Source: an uncultured Nitrososphaeraceae archaeon (GTDB taxonomy: Archaea > Thermoproteota > Nitrososphaeria > Nitrososphaerales > Nitrososphaeraceae). Taken from it: DNA of 64,000 nucleotides. The notes under the pieces are model-generated. The model saw nothing but the letters and a program-made list of their open reading frames with translations, was not told the DNA's origin and ran no database searches. The stretch covers positions 1 to 64,000 of the forward strand of contig CAWGVG010000027.1 of assembly GCA_963825865.1 (NCBI GenBank), written 5' to 3'. The position numbers were made by a program, and so were the translations under genes. Position 1 is the stretch's first letter. Every line of letters starts with the position of its first letter. Positions 21,457 to 31,402 of this stretch are shown piece by piece.

Positions 21457-23031
21457 TCAGAGTCGTGGTGGCAATGATGCTGTTACTGATCTCTTTCTTG
21501 AATATCTTTCAACAATGTCCTCAGGAACTCTACCATTGAATAGTTCTTTTGACAATCCTCTTAAGTATCTCATTATAGCCCAAGTTCCTGCTTTTATCAA
21601 CCCTGCCATGAATATTTTCATTGCTGGCCCATAGGTCTTATTTCTAATAATGATTGGTATGATGTCATTGATTACTCTAAGATTATGTCCCCAACATTTC
21701 CAAAACAAAGTAAACTGTGCTTCATTTAAGTTGCCAAAATGCATGGAATTCTTTTCTGAAAAGTCCTGATAAAGCAATGGTGCAACTAAACCTCTCATGT
21801 TCATTTCTTTAAAATCTTCAATAAGATCAATGGTATACTGTGTTTCATCTGGTGTTTCATCTGGCCACCCTATAATCAGAGTCAGTGCTGGAAACCAATG
21901 ATTTTGGTTAAGAATTTTGCATCCTTCTCTTACAACTACCCCCCATTCCTCAGGCTGGTATGGCTTTGTCTTTACACCAAGATGTTTTTTAACCATTCTT
22001 GGCGCTACTGTCTCTATGCCTAGGTTAGTTGCAAGCCATCTTCCATTTGTATCCATTTCATTGATCTTAGAGAGTTCCTTTATGAGATCGGATGAAGATG
22101 CCACCGCAGATAATGTCATGTGTGTAGTACCTACAAAATTTGCACCTAATGATTTCAATCCTTTCCATAGATCTATAATTGCATCAGCATTCGGAACAAA
22201 GTCTCTATTGTCACATCCATAAAGTAGCATCTCATCTGACTGAAGCCAGATAGAATCAAAACCATATTTCAGATTGATTCTGGCTTCTGCCTGCAATCTT
22301 TCTAATGGAATATCTTTCTTCGAACGCTTATTAACATCACAAAAGTCGCAACCTCTCCCACAACCGCGCATTGCTTCAATTAATGAGTTTACAGTTGGAC
22401 CGCGGATCATAGGAATATTTTCAATATTTCTAACAAATGTATGCAGTAATTCTGGCGCATCGCCTGCCTCCAAATCGTGGAAGAGGTCGAGTGCAAGTTC
22501 ATCAGCTTCACCTATCACTACTGTATCAATGCCATGAATTTTCATTCTATCAGGTTTTGCCAATTCCCATGCACCATTTCCACCGACAACCACTTTGAAA
22601 TTATATTTCTTTTTTAACTGTATAATAGAAGCACACATCTTCTTAAATTTCATAGCTACATAGGACAGCTTTTCCGGTGACATCGTGGTAGTAACTGGTG
22701 CCATCCCAAGTGGATCCATTACGTTAATTCCTACAACTGTTGTATCCGATCCAATACATTTGTCAAGCATTTCTGGATGGGCAAGGAAAATCTCTTCACT
22801 TTTATGCTCTTTTAAAAGTGCACCTTCTATTCTTCTCAGTCCACATTGGGCAACCTTAACTTCTCCAGTATTTTGATCAGTCTCAACACTTGGACAGAAT
22901 AACTTGTCGAATACGAATTCAGGTACAAGTTCATAAGGGCCACAGGCGATAAAACCGTAAAGAAAATTCCCTCTATAATTTGTCATAAGACTGCGGTCCG
23001 CCGTTAAAACTATACGTTTACCAACCGCCAT
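21457..23031 (-). CDS. B12-binding-like radical SAM enzyme, probable GDGT ring synthase (Grs) homolog
   Basis: CGRGCDFC motif. The N-terminus IVLTADR...Y...GFIAC.P..LVP, GLRRIE, DPLG..PV and KKKYNFKVVVGG matches my recollection of GrsA/B-type proteins. Confidence 0.75.
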   Translation of the reverse strand: MAVGKRIVLTADRSLMTNYRGNFLYGFIACGPYELVPEFVFDKLFCPSVETDQNTGEVKVAQCGLRRIEGALLKEHKSEEIFLAHPEMLDKCIGSDTTVVGINVMDPLGMAPVTTTMSPEKLSYVAMKFKKMCASIIQLKKKYNFKVVVGGNGAWELAKPDRMKIHGIDTVVIGEADELALDLFHDLEAGDAPELLHTFVRNIENIPMIRGPTVNSLIEAMRGCGRGCDFCDVNKRSKKDIPLERLQAEARINLKYGFDSIWLQSDEMLLYGCDNRDFVPNADAIIDLWKGLKSLGANFVGTTHMTLSAVASSSDLIKELSKINEMDTNGRWLATNLGIETVAPRMVKKHLGVKTKPYQPEEWGVVVREGCKILNQNHWFPALTLIIGWPDETPDETQYTIDLIEDFKEMNMRGLVAPLLYQDFSEKNSMHFGNLNEAQFTLFWKCWGHNLRVINDIIPIIIRNKTYGPAMKIFMAGLIKAGTWAIMRYLRGLSKELFNGRVPEDIVERYSRKRSVTASLPPRL

Positions 23032-23129
23032 TTCTTTTCTGTATCCTCTCTTTATTTCGCTACAGCTAGTGTATAAATCTATTACTATTATGTTGGGACG
23101 TATATGGGGAGGTGATTTACTGCAATCAA

Positions 23130-23555
23130 TTAATAGAGACCTTTTCTATGACCTTTAATCAGTATTGCTTTTAGTTGCCGATGGTCCAATATGGATAAAG
23201 CATCTAAAAACGTTACCCATATGAAGCCATCATGTTCACTGGAGATCTTCACTTGCCTATTAGATGTTGTAGCAAAGTAAAACCTGACCTCCTTTTCAGA
23301 TTTCATACCATCTGCTTTAAAATAGGAATATCGAATTTTTCCAACATATGATTGAATATCCAAATATGTAATACCAGTCTCTTCCGAGACTTCTCTTATT
23401 AGAGTTTGGATTTCTGTCTCTCCTCTCTCTTTGTGTCCCTGAGGAAAACCCCAGAAACCTCTCCTATTTCTTAATAGAAGAAACTCAGAAAATTCTGTAT
23501 TTCCGAGATAAGTTTGATATTTTATTACTGCTCCAATTGACTGCTCCAGCGCCAC
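23130..23555 (-). CDS. NUDIX hydrolase (Ap4A hydrolase-like)
   Basis: WGFPQGHKERGETEIQTLIREVSEETG and SSEH...W. Confidence 0.9.
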   Translation of the reverse strand: MALEQSIGAVIKYQTYLGNTEFSEFLLLRNRRGFWGFPQGHKERGETEIQTLIREVSEETGITYLDIQSYVGKIRYSYFKADGMKSEKEVRFYFATTSNRQVKISSEHDGFIWVTFLDALSILDHRQLKAILIKGHRKGLY

Positions 23556-23650
23556 TCTATACCAATACCTCAGAGAAGTTAGGATAATTATAATAGTGTT
23601 TCTTCTTGTTAAAGGTATTAATATCCAAATAAAACTGTTGAAATGTTGCA

Positions 23651-23724
23651 GGGCCGGTCGTCTAGTCCGGTAGGATACGGCATTGGCATTGCTGAGGTCG
23701 TGGGTTCGAATCCCACCCGGTCCA
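23651..23724 (+). tRNA. tRNA-Ala (anticodon GGC), intronless, CCA not encoded
   Basis: Cloverleaf with GGGCCGG/CCGGTCC acceptor stem (G3:U70), CGGCA-TTGGCAT-TGCTG anticodon arm and GTGGG-TTCGAAT-CCCAC T arm. Confidence 0.96.
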
Positions 23725-23810
23725 CTACAGTATTAGTCATAAAATATAGTTCCCAACAACAAAAAAAGTGAGATATAAAATATGGTATACTATTTGGGAT
23801 CACAAGAATA

Positions 23811-24383
23811 CTATTTGGCTCCTTTTTTTGAAATGATTTCATTGCGGAAACCAACTAGTACAGTATTTTTACAAACAGGCTCAACAACCTTTATTTTAGT
23901 TTTATAAAAAACTTCTTTAATTTCAAAGGCAACTTTTCCCTTATATATAATTTGATATATCCTAAAGACAGATCTGGTTTTAGAGTTATATCCTATTTTG
24001 AGTATTTTTCTGAAAGTCTCTAGTCCAGAACTTATAATGATGGTTCCTATGCCATGATACTTTCGTTTAATCTGCATTATTATTTCATCAGGTAAATTGG
24101 AAGGAATAATATTTGACTTTGCGTATACTAGTTTTTCACCTGTTTTTTTATTAATAATATGTATCTCTCGTTGGATCAATTCATAAGATTCTTTTTGTTT
24201 CAAAATTTTTACTTCTGTTTCAGAGTTTGTTAATATACTCAAGACCTGCTCCACAGTTCCAGTTTCAACTAAAAGGATTTTTTCAAATAAAGGAAGTTTG
24301 ATATTTAATCTGCGTTCAAGTTCAGAAATCCTTCGTAACATATGACTACCGAAATCTTCTACGCTAATAGAAACAACAACCAT
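23811..24383 (-). CDS. Chorismate pyruvate-lyase-like (DUF98/UbiC fold) protein
   Basis: EKILLVETGTVEQVL, REIHI...LVYAKS, GIG.II...LETFR, R.Y.I and IKEVF. Confidence 0.75.
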   Translation of the reverse strand: MVVVSISVEDFGSHMLRRISELERRLNIKLPLFEKILLVETGTVEQVLSILTNSETEVKILKQKESYELIQREIHIINKKTGEKLVYAKSNIIPSNLPDEIIMQIKRKYHGIGTIIISSGLETFRKILKIGYNSKTRSVFRIYQIIYKGKVAFEIKEVFYKTKIKVVEPVCKNTVLVGFRNEIISKKGAK

Positions 24384-24421
24384 TTAACCTTACAATAACA
24401 TTACATATATTAAAAAAATGA

Positions 24422-25123
24422 TCAAACTATGAGTCGATAAATAATTGATATAGTAGCAAAGGCTATAGTTCCTAAACTAATTATTTTAAGACAGGTTTCC
24501 AAGCTTTTTATCCGGTATTCGTCATATGTAATTTTTTTCAATTCTTTATAAGGTCTAGATATTTTAATTTCGACGTAACTTATAATACCTGCAATAACAG
24601 ATACAGCTAACGGAATAACTCCAATTGAATTGGTTTGCATTATAAACCCTGCCATTACTGGCAATACGCCCCAAGAGACTGCGAACCAAAAATCATTATG
24701 GAAATATCCTTTGAATAATTCAAAGTTATATGCAAAAACAAAAAATCCTTCTAGGATGGCCACTATCCAGAGTAATGGCACATAAATTATCATATAATAA
24801 ATTCCAATAGAATATGCTGCAACTAGACTTGACGTTATCAACAGCCACAACTGCATTTTACTGAAGTAATTCCCCCACGGCTTGGCTTTTTTCGAACCTA
24901 TGCTATCGGCGGTGTGGGCAGATACTCCGAGAGCTAATGCATATATAACAGCAATTGCACCAGTCCTTTCCCATACGATGCTGGACGAGAGCATAGAACC
25001 TATTATTGTGAAGGATATGCACATTCCTGTATATGGAAGGAATAACAATCCTATGAAAACCCGGAATCTTAGCGGACCGAATTTTGGTACAAACCATTCA
25101 TTTAAACGGGTATCTTCATTCAT
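24422..25123 (-). CDS. Polytopic membrane protein, divergent UbiA-like
   Basis: Several TM helices plus AHTADSIG..KPW, AYNFELFKG.FHNDFWFA.SWG.LP. Start overlaps the upstream methyltransferase stop (ATGA). Confidence 0.6.
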   Translation of the reverse strand: MNEDTRLNEWFVPKFGPLRFRVFIGLLFLPYTGMCISFTIIGSMLSSSIVWERTGAIAVIYALALGVSAHTADSIGSKKAKPWGNYFSKMQLWLLITSSLVAAYSIGIYYMIIYVPLLWIVAILEGFFVFAYNFELFKGYFHNDFWFAVSWGVLPVMAGFIMQTNSIGVIPLAVSVIAGIISYVEIKISRPYKELKKITYDEYRIKSLETCLKIISLGTIAFATISIIYRLIV

Positions 25124-25800
25124 GGCTTCTTTGCAAAAATAATAGCAGCTGTTCCCAATGTATAGTAATTGCAAGAAATAACCTCAAATCCTCTCTGTTC
25201 AAGTGAATCTATAGTCTGTTCTACCCATCTACTAGTTTTCACTACTTGATCTAACTCTTGAAATACAGCTTTCCAGGATTTTAAAAAGACACCAGTTATT
25301 CTCAAAATCATGAAATAGCCATTCCAAAAACGCTGTATTAAATTATTTGTGGGATATGTAAAATCATGAAAAACTACAATACCCTTGTGTTTAAGAATAC
25401 GCCAACATTCATCCACAACTCTTTCTATATCGACATATTTTGCTAGGTATGACGATGTAATTGAATCAAAACATTCATTTTTGTAAGGCAATATTTCTGC
25501 AGTACCGTTGATAAGGAATAACTTTTTTGTTTTCTTTTTTGCAATCTCTAAGTAATCAAATACTAAATCCAGACCAATTACCTTTGTAATGGCACTGTCA
25601 ATAAGCATTAAAGAGAGGATTCCTGTTCCACAAGCAAGATCAAGAACAGAACTTTGTCTGCCAATAATTTTTAAAATTTGATTTTTCCACGAAGAATCTT
25701 GACCAAACGTAGTAAAACGTACGACAGAATCATAAGTGGAAGCATTTTCATGACTGAAGAATTTCCTTGCATTTCTGTGTCCTTCATGTGCCTTCAACAT
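25120..25800 (-). CDS. UbiE/MenG-like class I SAM methyltransferase
   Basis: YD.VV...TFGQD..WK, VLDLACGTG, AE.LPY...FD and RILKHKG. Confidence 0.85.
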   Translation of the reverse strand: MLKAHEGHRNARKFFSHENASTYDSVVRFTTFGQDSSWKNQILKIIGRQSSVLDLACGTGILSLMLIDSAITKVIGLDLVFDYLEIAKKKTKKLFLINGTAEILPYKNECFDSITSSYLAKYVDIERVVDECWRILKHKGIVVFHDFTYPTNNLIQRFWNGYFMILRITGVFLKSWKAVFQELDQVVKTSRWVEQTIDSLEQRGFEVISCNYYTLGTAAIIFAKKP

Positions 25801-25869
25801 CTTTAATTTGCTTTACTTGCTATTATATTTTAAAAAAACATATAGTGGGAATAACTCTTATTAAAATAA

Positions 25870-26580
25870 TTGTATTTCGTCAACTGGCAAAGAGATATAT
25901 CGATAGAAGAATTAGGTGGACGCAGAGTAGTTGTTAAACGAAATAAATCAACAAAAGATTTTCATGAATACCTGTTAATATTGATGTATGCGTTAATCTC
26001 AATTATATTGGTACATCCATCTCCTCCACCATTTATTGGAAAGGTGACAATAAACAATGAAGGTTACAATATGAGAAGAAATTTGAGACAATTAGGAATC
26101 CCTACACCACTGCTGATTTCTATAACTGATACAACACTCATTGAAGAATATGTAGAAGGCGGAGATCTTTATAGGGCGTTTTCTGATGGTAAAGATATAT
26201 CATTAGCCTTTCAAGCGGGAGCTTTAACGGGCAAATTACATAAGGCAGGCTACGTCTTTACCGATAATAAATCGCAGAACTATCTTGTAGCATCAGATAA
26301 TTCTGTAGTTAGGACCGATTTAGGATTTATGCAAAAAAAAGATTCAATATTTTCACGAAGTATGGATATCGGTTCATTTCTAGCAAGTGTTATTGATTTT
26401 GAAAGGTTTCAGTATGGGGCAATAGAGAAGGCTTTTTTTAATGGATACAAGTCTGAGATGAAGCAAGGTTTTCCATACTTGTCAATTATTTTACGGAATA
26501 TGCTATCGCTAGGTTTTGCTTCCGATCAATCTACAATGATTCGAAATATGCTTGTGGATTCTACAAAATGCATAAAGTAA
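25870..26580 (+). CDS. Atypical protein-kinase-fold protein (Bud32/RIO/Kdo-kinase-like)
   Basis: VVVKR, GIPTP, IEEYVEG, LHKAGYVFTDNKSQNYLV and DLG. Confidence 0.7.
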   Translation: MYFVNWQRDISIEELGGRRVVVKRNKSTKDFHEYLLILMYALISIILVHPSPPPFIGKVTINNEGYNMRRNLRQLGIPTPLLISITDTTLIEEYVEGGDLYRAFSDGKDISLAFQAGALTGKLHKAGYVFTDNKSQNYLVASDNSVVRTDLGFMQKKDSIFSRSMDIGSFLASVIDFERFQYGAIEKAFFNGYKSEMKQGFPYLSIILRNMLSLGFASDQSTMIRNMLVDSTKCIK

Positions 26581-26903
26581 GGAAAGATTATATGAACAGA
26601 AATGATATTTTAAATTTCAACACACAAAGATTAATACGTTGTTAAATCAAATATTACTCGAATACTGCTCTTTATCTTAGAGAAATTGTTATTGATTTGT
26701 TGGTTTTTTGACGATATCATCCAACTTTATACTATTAAATGCTTGCACATTCTCTCCTCTGTGTCAAAACGTAGGAACTAGCAAAGAAACAGAGTCATTA
26801 ATCAAATTACTGATTGAGTAGACGACGGCAATTGGTGTTTTCCATATATATTATATTGGATCATGGAAGAATTGTGCTTTTCGAACGCATCTGCTGTTCA
26901 AGA

Positions 26904-27941
26904 TTATTCTGGAGTACTGCTGTCTCCGAAGATTAACTTCATCTCCTCAAAGGTTAATTTTTCGCCACTTGACATCTTTTTCAATGCAACTTCCTTTAGC
27001 ATATTCCATCTTTCTTGATTCTCTTTATTACGCTTGGTTCTCTCCTGTGTTGCTCCATATCTAGATCCACGTCTTCCATCGTTTTCCTTTTGTTTTCTTT
27101 GTCTATGTTCGATGTATTGCATTCGTGACTTTCTAAATTCAATTGCATTTAGCTGGGTCTCTACCATTTCTAATTTTGCTCCAATTTCCCTCGCTGCGTG
27201 AATTTCTTTTCTTCTTTCTTCATATAGGCTTTCACGCAGGTTCAATAGTGTATCAAGACTAGTCTTTAGTTTACCAATATTATTGCCAAATTCAGATTTT
27301 TGATCGAAAATTCTATTCATTTTAGCTTTCAAGATGTCATATTGGGAGGAAATACTCCTATAATGATCCTCTTTTTTGTGTATCACCTTTAAAGTATGCA
27401 ATTTGGTGGCGGTTTCTTTTGATCTGGCAACTAACTTGCGCTCCTCATCTTTTGATAATTTCTTTGTTTGAATGTCACGCTCAATCTGTTCCAAAGTCTT
27501 AGTCAAATTCACAATATCGTATCGTTCTTTTCGCAATTTTGATGTTGCAATCGACCCGGGCTTGTCATCAAAGGTCTTCATCTGGTTCCTAGCTTCAATA
27601 AGGCTATTTTTTAATTCCATAAATTTAGTGTATTCTGCATCTTTCTGTTCATTAACTTGTTTTAATTTAATACGCAAGTCCTCTAATTGAATTCTTTCCT
27701 CGTCGATCTGCTTCTTTGTAGTTTCAATCTTGCTGTTATGTTCCTGAATCTTTTGTTCACCATTTTTCTGATCCTCTAAAAGAGCTCTTTTGAACTCTAG
27801 CAGGGTCTTAAGATTAGAATCTATTGAATTCTGATCCTGCTTCCTTGCAGTATTATATTTTGCCGTAGTAGTAGTCGTTGCTGCCTGCTCCTGCTCCTCT
27901 GCTGCACTGCTGTTTCCGTTACTATGCTGGTCTCGTACCAC
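26904..27941 (-). CDS. Archaeal long coiled-coil protein (COG1340-like)
   Basis: Heptad-rich; QTKKLSKDEERKLV and C-terminal KMSSGEKLTFEEM. Confidence 0.75.
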   Translation of the reverse strand: MVRDQHSNGNSSAAEEQEQAATTTTTAKYNTARKQDQNSIDSNLKTLLEFKRALLEDQKNGEQKIQEHNSKIETTKKQIDEERIQLEDLRIKLKQVNEQKDAEYTKFMELKNSLIEARNQMKTFDDKPGSIATSKLRKERYDIVNLTKTLEQIERDIQTKKLSKDEERKLVARSKETATKLHTLKVIHKKEDHYRSISSQYDILKAKMNRIFDQKSEFGNNIGKLKTSLDTLLNLRESLYEERRKEIHAAREIGAKLEMVETQLNAIEFRKSRMQYIEHRQRKQKENDGRRGSRYGATQERTKRNKENQERWNMLKEVALKKMSSGEKLTFEEMKLIFGDSSTPE

Positions 27942-28091
27942 GTTGCTTGTGGTTTGTTATGAAGCCCAAAATATATTTTTTCTTATTCTAACGTGATTAT
28001 TTAAGATGATATACGAATGGTCCCTGATAGGCTAATAAAAACTCCCCTACATCTTTATATGATATGATATTATAGACATAATGACTGTTAT

Positions 28092-28484
28092 ATGGACGAT
28101 TTTGAGAAGGACTTTCCAGACTTTAATTGGAAGAACCTCCCTGCTTACAAGCATCCTGGAGGAAAAGATTGCCCATGTCCAAAACATGAATATATTCGAG
28201 AACAGGTTAATATAGCCAAGGCTATAAGCAATAATAGTAGAGAAATTAGTCCAGATCACAGACGAAAAGCTCAGGTCACCCTCAAATTATGTCCAGATCA
28301 TTATAAGGTTTATTTTGATGAGGTAATTCCTTCAATGCCTTTAAAATATCGTCTAGTGACAAAAATTGCACTTAAAATTGGTGCGGTGTTGATTCAAAAA
28401 ATACCTTATATGCAGTCTGACCAATGCTTCTATTGTAAGTTTGGTTCAGGTGGTTTTGATAAGAAAACCCCTATAATTCGTTAG
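28092..28484 (+). CDS. Hypothetical Cys/His metal-binding protein
   Basis: CPCPKH, LCPDH and CFYC. Confidence 0.6.
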   Translation: MDDFEKDFPDFNWKNLPAYKHPGGKDCPCPKHEYIREQVNIAKAISNNSREISPDHRRKAQVTLKLCPDHYKVYFDEVIPSMPLKYRLVTKIALKIGAVLIQKIPYMQSDQCFYCKFGSGGFDKKTPIIR

Positions 28485-29123
28485 CTTTCCAACTGATGCC
28501 AAAATCCACTCAAACCTTCTTATAGATCGATGACCTGTTGTTACAATCCATTTGTAAGGAGTGTTTTGGATATTTCTCACAGTCCTTTTTAGTTACTTCT
28601 AGGCAATGAAAAAGGTTATTATTACATTCATTGATAATCTGAAAAGGAAAAGGAACTAGCCACTGTTGAATAAAGTTGTTGTTTACCGATCAGCCAAATT
28701 AATGCTGATATTAATTCTGTTCCTACATCAATTGCGCTGCTATAGATTGTTCTCTTACTGCATCTGCGGCATTGCTATCATATGATTATTGGCATCAATT
28801 TTTATTGTTCTTTCTTTTTTCCGTTCTTTGTGAGATGGGACTCGTCGAGAAAAACTGCAGTAATAATATTGGTTATTGAGGGAATAATTTTGTAATTGAT
28901 CTAATGTCTATTGACTTAAACTACCTACATTTTATTTTTCTTTTCTGATGGGTAAAATTAGTTCCTAGCCTGCCATGCCAACTTGCGCTGTTGAGAAAAA
29001 CTCGTATCGAACATTGAATAGAATAATAATATGAAATAATTGGGCAATTTCCATACCTGAAGAGTCGTTTATTTTGCACAATCAACATAATTTTAAATTT
29101 AGTTAATTTCAGTTTTTATATAC

Positions 29124-29727
29124 ATGATCTCTGACGAGGATGGAGAACAATTAGTCAGATTGGCGAGAAGAGCAGTAGAAAAATATCTTAACGAATCAAT
29201 TATCGTTAATTTGGATAATATGTATCAATTTTCCCAAAAGGCAGGTGTGTTTGTTACTTTAAACTATGTGGACAACAATGAAGAACATCTACGGGGATGC
29301 ATGGGTTTTCCTCTTCCTGATAAAAAGCTGCATCAATCAGTAATCGAAGCTGCTATAGCTGCCAGCCACACAGGATCCTAGATTTCCTCCCTTAGATAAA
29401 GAAGAACTTGCAAGCGTAATTTTTGAAGTTAGTGTTCTCACATCACCAGAGAAGATAAATGTACAAAGCCCAAAAGAATATCAAAACCATATTAAGATTG
29501 GTAGAGATGGCTTAATCCTAAGATGTAAGTATGGATCAGGGCTACTACTTCCTCAAGTTCCTGTAGAATTGAGATGGGATATTGATGAATTTCTTGCAAA
29601 TATCTGTTACAAGGCAGGTGCTCCACCAGATACATGGCTTATGGCAGAATCGCGACTATATAGGTTTGAGGCAATTGTTTATAGGGAATCTGAACCTAGC
29701 GGAAAAATTATAAAAGTTGATCTTTAG
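29124..29727 (+). CDS. AMMECR1/TIGR00296 family protein (+1 indel near 29360)
   Basis: GVFVTL...LRGCMG, then in the shifted frame DPRFPPL...EVSVL...GRDGL...GLLLPQV...C.KAG. Confidence 0.9.
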
Positions 29728-29932
29728 TAATTTGATAAGGAAAGAAATTTTACTATGGCACTATTGATATTTTGCGTCATAATTCCTACTTCAGATACAT
29801 ATGCATTTGATTTTCCAATTTTTTAAGATACTTATTGTTAGATTAATATAGTTATGATATAATATCCTTTGAATAATTTAATGAGCTGACTGACTCTTTT
29901 TATGATGTCAAAATATATAACGAAACGTCTAT

Positions 29933-30535
29933 TTATAAGGCATTGAGCAATTCCGCTTCGAGCAACTGCTGAACTAGTTGGACGACTTCTTGTTCGACCT
30001 GTTGTCTTGGCATTCCGAGTTTAGCAGAAAATTGGTCTGTAAGCTGATTAATTGTCTTTGTGCCATCGCATATGTGCCAGAAATTCACAATTGCTTCATT
30101 TACCATAAACCCTTGGTCTTTCTCATTTGTGAGGATCAATGAACCATCATCCTGTTTAATGAACTGACCCCTTCTTAGAGGCTGATATTTTTCATAATCT
30201 AGTTGGAATCGAAGTTTTGGTTTACCAAATCCCATTTTTTGCCGTATTTCTGGATCCATCTTCTCGATATTCCAAGGAGGATCCCAGACAATCTCTACAT
30301 TGATACTGCCAATTCCATTAATCTTGCCAATATATCTCTTTACATCGCTTACAAGAGTATCATGAAGTGGACAACCTCGTGTTGTCATCGTCATTTTGAT
30401 GTCAACATTATTTTCAGGATTAATCTTAACACCATATATGAGCCCGAGGTCTACTACATTGACTGGAATCTCTGGATCCATACATTTTCTTAGCGCAGAA
30501 TAAACTTGCTCTGTAGTAACATTTTGTATAGACAT
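29933..30535 (-). CDS. DUF59/SufT (Fe-S assembly) domain fused to a PqqD-like domain
   Basis: DPEIPVNVVDLGLIY, TTRGCP and VWDPPW, followed by VNE....FW..CDG.KTI.......L.....V..LV..L....LL. Confidence 0.8.
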   Translation of the reverse strand: MSIQNVTTEQVYSALRKCMDPEIPVNVVDLGLIYGVKINPENNVDIKMTMTTRGCPLHDTLVSDVKRYIGKINGIGSINVEIVWDPPWNIEKMDPEIRQKMGFGKPKLRFQLDYEKYQPLRRGQFIKQDDGSLILTNEKDQGFMVNEAIVNFWHICDGTKTINQLTDQFSAKLGMPRQQVEQEVVQLVQQLLEAELLNAL

Positions 30536-31402
30536 TAACCTTTGATATAATGGACATACACATGATAAATACTTTATCACTTTTTGAAAATAGGGATTAT
30601 CACACTCCACTTTGGACTGAACTAAATTTTTTTCTAATAATTTTTATTTTATTATTATGGATAGTATGTTATTTGTATGCACATTATAACATAGAGGGAG
30701 TAAGTGTGCAAACACTAGTCAAGGTTGACATCAGAACAGGTAAATCTATACCAAACTCATATTTCTAGAATGTCTCTGCAAGTGCAGCGGGATGCCATAT
30801 ATACGTAAAAAATTGCCATAGTAGAAAGAGTATCTTTATTTCCTTTATTGATTACCTAAAATCAGGCAGATAGCATATTTGCCGTCAAGACTTCTTCTCT
30901 GGAGTATGGAAAGAAAAATTAGACTCAAAGACTATAAGCATACATTGGAATCATACGTTCTTTAATCTATATTTTAAGTGCATTGACTGTTGTATCGTTG
31001 TATTTTTTAGTTAAACCTTCATTGTTTAGTTGTACAATGAAACTGCCATTCTGTCTTTGAATATCAAAGTATAATTGTCTGCGCTGTTCATTGTGGCATT
31101 GTGTGAAGCATATATAAATCCAATGATATTATAAACAGCACTGCAACTATTCCTGATATTTTTGCTACACCCATCATTCTCCCTACTAGATTGAAAAAAA
31201 TTATCATTAACTTGGCACGTCCATTGTGGCTGCAGGAGTATCGCGCTTCCATCACATCTAAAAATTATAACAACTTTCTCCTTTCCTGCTTAATATCACA
31301 ATTACATTGGAGATTTTATCAATATGTATAACTGTGAAAGATGAAACCTATGCAATCCAAAATACCACATATATGCGATCTTTTAACAGCAAGGCGTGTG
31401 TG

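Noticed and set aside
9406-22876. Long antisense ORFs over eno, rps2, idsA, gltX and the radical SAM gene
   Set aside because: Shadow frames of well-supported genes, with no motifs of their own.
23651-23724. tRNA-Ala as an integration site
   Set aside because: I saw no duplicated tRNA 3' end and no integrase in the window.
23618-23854. 78-aa minus-strand ORF
   Set aside because: Antisense to tRNA-Ala; VGFEPTTS is the usual tRNA shadow translation.
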